From assembly GCA_030141605.1 (NCBI GenBank), contig JAQGDQ010000007.1, forward strand, positions 1,227,173-1,291,172: DNA of 64,000 nucleotides, given 5' to 3'. The DNA is from Tubiluchus corallicola. Taxonomy: Eukaryota > Animalia > Priapulida. The notes beneath the pieces are model-generated. The model was not told where the DNA came from. It searched no databases and saw only the letters and a list, made by a program, of their open reading frames with translations. This document shows, piece after piece, positions 59,907 through 64,000 of this stretch; the stretch's first letter is position 1; each line of letters starts with the position of its first letter. A program made the position numbers and the translations under genes.

Positions 59907-61179
59907 GTAGGTATAAAGTGATGTTATCATGGCATTAAGAATTCCGGCAAAGTTTTATCATTCGATGAGTTCATTTATGAAGCCTCTTTAAATATTAGAA
60001 CTTCCGAATTTTAAACGTGTAATAATTACTTAGTAATATGTTGCTGTAGCTGTACTGTACTAGTTAGCAGCATTCTGTACACCAGGCTTGTATCATGCCA
60101 GGATAATAGAATGGCCTGCTCTACATTTATTTTATTATAGTTGGCCATAAAAATATCTAAGCAGTTTACAATTACAATACTTTGTGTGTATGTAAGTGTA
60201 AGTTCTTTTTCTGGGTACAAGGTACCCAAGTGAGCAATGTGGAGTTTAATTTTGAATAATTTGGAAACTTTGCAACCTGTTTTGCATGCTAAACAAGAAA
60301 AATTCCTGTTGTCTGTCTTGGCACACATATAAGACAATTATTCTCGAACAAGGAACCATTGTTCGTTAACGTTGGCGAGTGCTTGTTTTGCCCTTCGGCA
60401 ATAACTTTCTACCACTTCATGGACAGCAAAAACTTAGCCAAGCATCTGAGAAAAACATAATTTTAACTACAGAAATTTTTTAATGTTCGTTTGGGGAACA
60501 CATATGACAGTATGTTGCTCATATTATGTAGCATGCAGCAGTTAACATACTTAGCATGTAATAGTACATAAATACCCAAAGCAATAATTATACACCAATG
60601 AAATGAAACAAAATTATTTAACAAAAAGGCCAAGATAAGGAAAAATCAAAAATGCTCTACGTGAGCTGTTTTGGCTTTTAAAAATAACTCCTTCAACTAA
60701 TATGCTGCTGCTTTTGGGTGCAAAGGTTTCAGTTATAAATCTATAATCTAACAGTACAAGCTAAGAAATAAACAAAAAAGTGAAGAAAAAACATTTCGTA
60801 AAATGACAAAATCGCGGTTCGCAAACAAACAGTTATTTTGAATTGTTTATATTTTAAAAGAAAAATTATGTATACAGCTATTAATTGTCTATCATCATAC
60901 CTGGGGTCGTTTAATTGTGTATGTACTGTACACATTGCCCAGCTTAAAATGTTTGATTGGTTGACATTTGCCGTCACCCATAAGTAGGATGTAAGTCACG
61001 AACTATCAGGAAGATAGCTATCATTAATCCTGTGAATGTTTTTAGTTTTGTTTCATGCCTCGCCAGCTACGGGCCCTTATTACTTGAAATAATCTGTAAT
61101 GAACAGTTTTTTGTAATCTGAAGCTAGTGTCGCAATAAGCACCCTGATTTCCTACTGATCTCACTTGACTGTTCTGTAA

Positions 61180-64000
61180 AACAATTACTCAAACCAATTG
61201 GTGAAATAAAAGACACACAAAACGCTATATAAGAAGATGTGATTGAAATTAGGAAAAAACAAAATGATTTAGGCAGAAAATACTCAAACATTAAGAAACA
61301 GAAAAAAGCACTGACCGAGCAAGTTAGAAAACTCTCAGGACTTACATTAGAGATATTAGAAAAAGAAAAATGTGCCAAAAATATCGTAGTTTTTGGGCTA
61401 GCTGAACCCGAAGCGGATGGTGACCAAAGTGATATAGGGAATGTAATCACATCATTGATGACATCAAAGCGAGCGTACAGACCACGCCCTGTACTAGTAC
61501 AGCTGTATTCAAGCAGTGAGGCAACAAGCACTGTTCGGGGCAAAGAGACTGAAAGATGCGAGTGCGCAGTACAGACGTGTCTTTATCAGTCCAAATACAA
61601 GCCCCACAGTGCAGAAGGAGCATCAAAGCCTATTGAAGGTGTTAAAAGATGAGAAAAGCAAAGTTGAAAATGAACTTGAGAATTGACTGGAAAAATAAAT
61701 GTGTTCAATGAAACAACGAAACAATAATATTTTCTATACTCAGGTTTTTTTAATAACAGGGTAGATGCGCACAATAACAATGCTAAGCTACTGTCATGGA
61801 ACATACACTCAGTGACTGATAAATGTGAGAACATGTTCGATAAAGTTATCACCTTGTTTTGCTTGCATGATATCATTTGTTTGCAAGAAATTAGCACTTA
61901 TTGTTTTACTATCCCCAGTTTTAATGTACTAATACGTAGCAAATATAGCAACAAACGTACTATTAAAGGTGGTATTTTTGTATATCTTAGGCAATAATAT
62001 TTCTGATTATGTAATATTTGTAGATGATTCAACCCCTTGTCAAATGTGGTTAAGACTGCAATAGCCTGGCTAACATTCTTATTTGCTTCTGCTATGTTAC
62101 AAGGCACAACTATTGAAGCACAAGAGAATAATGAGAAGTACTTTATAATTGGTGATCTAAATGTAAGATGTGGTCAATGTAGAAATATACTGACAGAAGG
62201 GAACCAATGGAGGTATGCACATAATCCTGATATAAGAAGGAACACAACAGGCACGCGACTTTTGCAACTATGTAGGGATAATCACTTGATCCCCCTTAAT
62301 CATTTAGTAACATGTAACAGCTATGGTGATGGTTTGACGTTTAGGAAGCGCCAGAATTGGATATCCCAGCTAGACTTCCAATTGATGGAGTAACTTCCAT
62401 TGTCTTATGTTGAACTTGTGATGATAAACTTCGAAGTTTTTGTGCTCGGCAGGATATCGACTTATCACAATATGAGTCTGTCATATATCCAACAAGATGG
62501 GATATCGACGACCTATGTCAGAATGCCAAAGACATCAAATATGATTCTGCAACCAAATGTAGAATACAAAACGATACTTCAAGTAGACGAGCAGCAAACG
62601 CGAGATGCATTAATTTATTAAAATCTGGTAATATGAAGGCAATATGATGTGCTGTGGATGATGACCTATTCACACCAGATGAAGTCAATAATACTATCAT
62701 TAGTCTAAAACCCAACAAGTCGCCAGGCTGTGATAGTGGTAATGATATTATTGATCAAGTGTGTATCTGCACTATGGATTACGTTTATGACTGCATGTTT
62801 TAATACGGTACTTTCATCAGTTTACTACCCTAATAATTGGACTAAAACAAAGTTGGTAGTCTTGCAGAAAGGCAGTCGTCATGACTGCAATAACTACCAT
62901 GGTATCTCGATTTTGGACTTATGTCCATAGATATTTGACGGACTGATTAATACTCTCTTACAGCTCTGGTGGCAGCCTGGCCCAGAACAGGCTGGTGGAG
63001 AAAAAGAAAGAGGCTGTTTAGAACAAGCAGTTACGTTGCGCTTACTAACAGATTCAGCAAAAATAATACGATGCAAATTGTACATTGTATTCATCGATTT
63101 TGCTAAGGTGTATGGCATCGTATCAATGCACAAACTCATTCAAGAATTAGTGAAATTAGGATGTCGTCAAACAATAACACGTAAATCCAGGCCATGTACA
63201 TGAAAACTATGCAGCGCGTTAGGCTCTAGCTTGGTTACTAGTAAAATAGGTGTAAGACAGGCTGCGTCCTCGCGCAGCATGTTCGTGTTCACGTTATTCA
63301 TCAATCCTTTGATAAAAAGATTGGCTATAGTTCGGGATGACGATTTCTTGCCAAACAGACACGGTCTGTTAATGATGGTCAACTCTGTACTACTGCCTGT
63401 TCAAGAGAGCGCTGCATAGAAAAACCCACTATATTGAAGTCTTTTTGCGTTGAGCATGGTCTCGTAGTTAACGAGTTAAAGACGATGTTTCTTGTTATTA
63501 CATTGCAATGGTGAATAAAATGACCGCATGCCTATAATCGTTGAAAACTTACAAGCAAACTGGTGCTATAGCTACATCTACTTAGGCACAGTTTCTTTGT
63601 GCCGGCGGAAAATTGGCTCAGGCAATTGTGATTCAAAATAAGGAAAAACTTAACCACGAACTGAAATACGTAGCATTTGTCCGTAAGAACTTCTCCTGTC
63701 CAAGTATGGACTAAACAGACTTTGTTAAAAGCAGCTATATTATCTAGGCTTTTGTACAGCTGCGAGATATAGCTGTCCAATGATATAAGAAAATTGTCTT
63801 AATTGTGCACATCTGGAATTAAAAACTGCCTTGGAGTGCGCAAGGCAGTTCAAAATGACCTATCCCTTCTCGAGTTAGATATGCCATCGGCAGAGGCATA
63901 CATTAAGAGCCAGCACTACAGGTTTTTTACTAAGATGTTCAGTAATCCTGGTAAGCATCCTATATTAATGTATACGATAAATAAATGTCAGGCAATTTCT
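61180..64000 (+). mobile_element. Degenerate non-LTR retrotransposon (LINE; ORF1-like remnant, APE endonuclease and reverse transcriptase) in a PHLPP intron
   Basis: Frameshifted fragments: a coiled coil plus KNIVVFGLAEPE (ORF1-like); LSWNIHS, DIICLQE, IIGDLNVR and TFRK..SQLDF (APE); KPNKSPG, PNNWTKTKLVVLQKG..NYHGISI, EQAG, IVFIDFAK and GVRQ (RT). Many stops are present. Confidence 0.85.

Noticed and set aside
61124-63780. Several ORFs as further PHLPP exons or an intact retroelement
   Set aside because: They are frameshifted, stop-riddled LINE fragments; no PH, LRR or PP2C sequence is visible.

Overview
AT-rich, intron-rich animal (invertebrate-like) genomic DNA; the species cannot be determined from the sequence. 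I reconstructed five spliced genes by hand. (1) A 5'-truncated SLC28 concentrative nucleoside transporter (+, 109-5992). (2) A 12-exon class B1 (secretin-family) GPCR resembling CRH/DH44 receptors (-, 9595-29081). (3) A roughly 2100-aa protein with N-terminal ankyrin repeats, a helical/coiled-coil segment, a very long disordered linker, a pseudokinase and a KEN ribonuclease-like domain, i.e. the RNase L domain order (-, 32871-45385). (4) EFHC1 (-, 15 exons, 47950-58911). (5) The first exon of PHLPP (+, from 59306), head-to-head with EFHC1. Introns and intergenic DNA carry MITEs, decayed Academ-like, hAT and LINE elements, and microsatellites. The most notable observations are the RNase L-like gene with substituted catalytic residues, a palindrome carrying two minimal hammerhead ribozyme motifs in an SLC28 intron, and a 77-bp copy of an SLC28 splice-acceptor region inserted inside another GA microsatellite 25 kb away.
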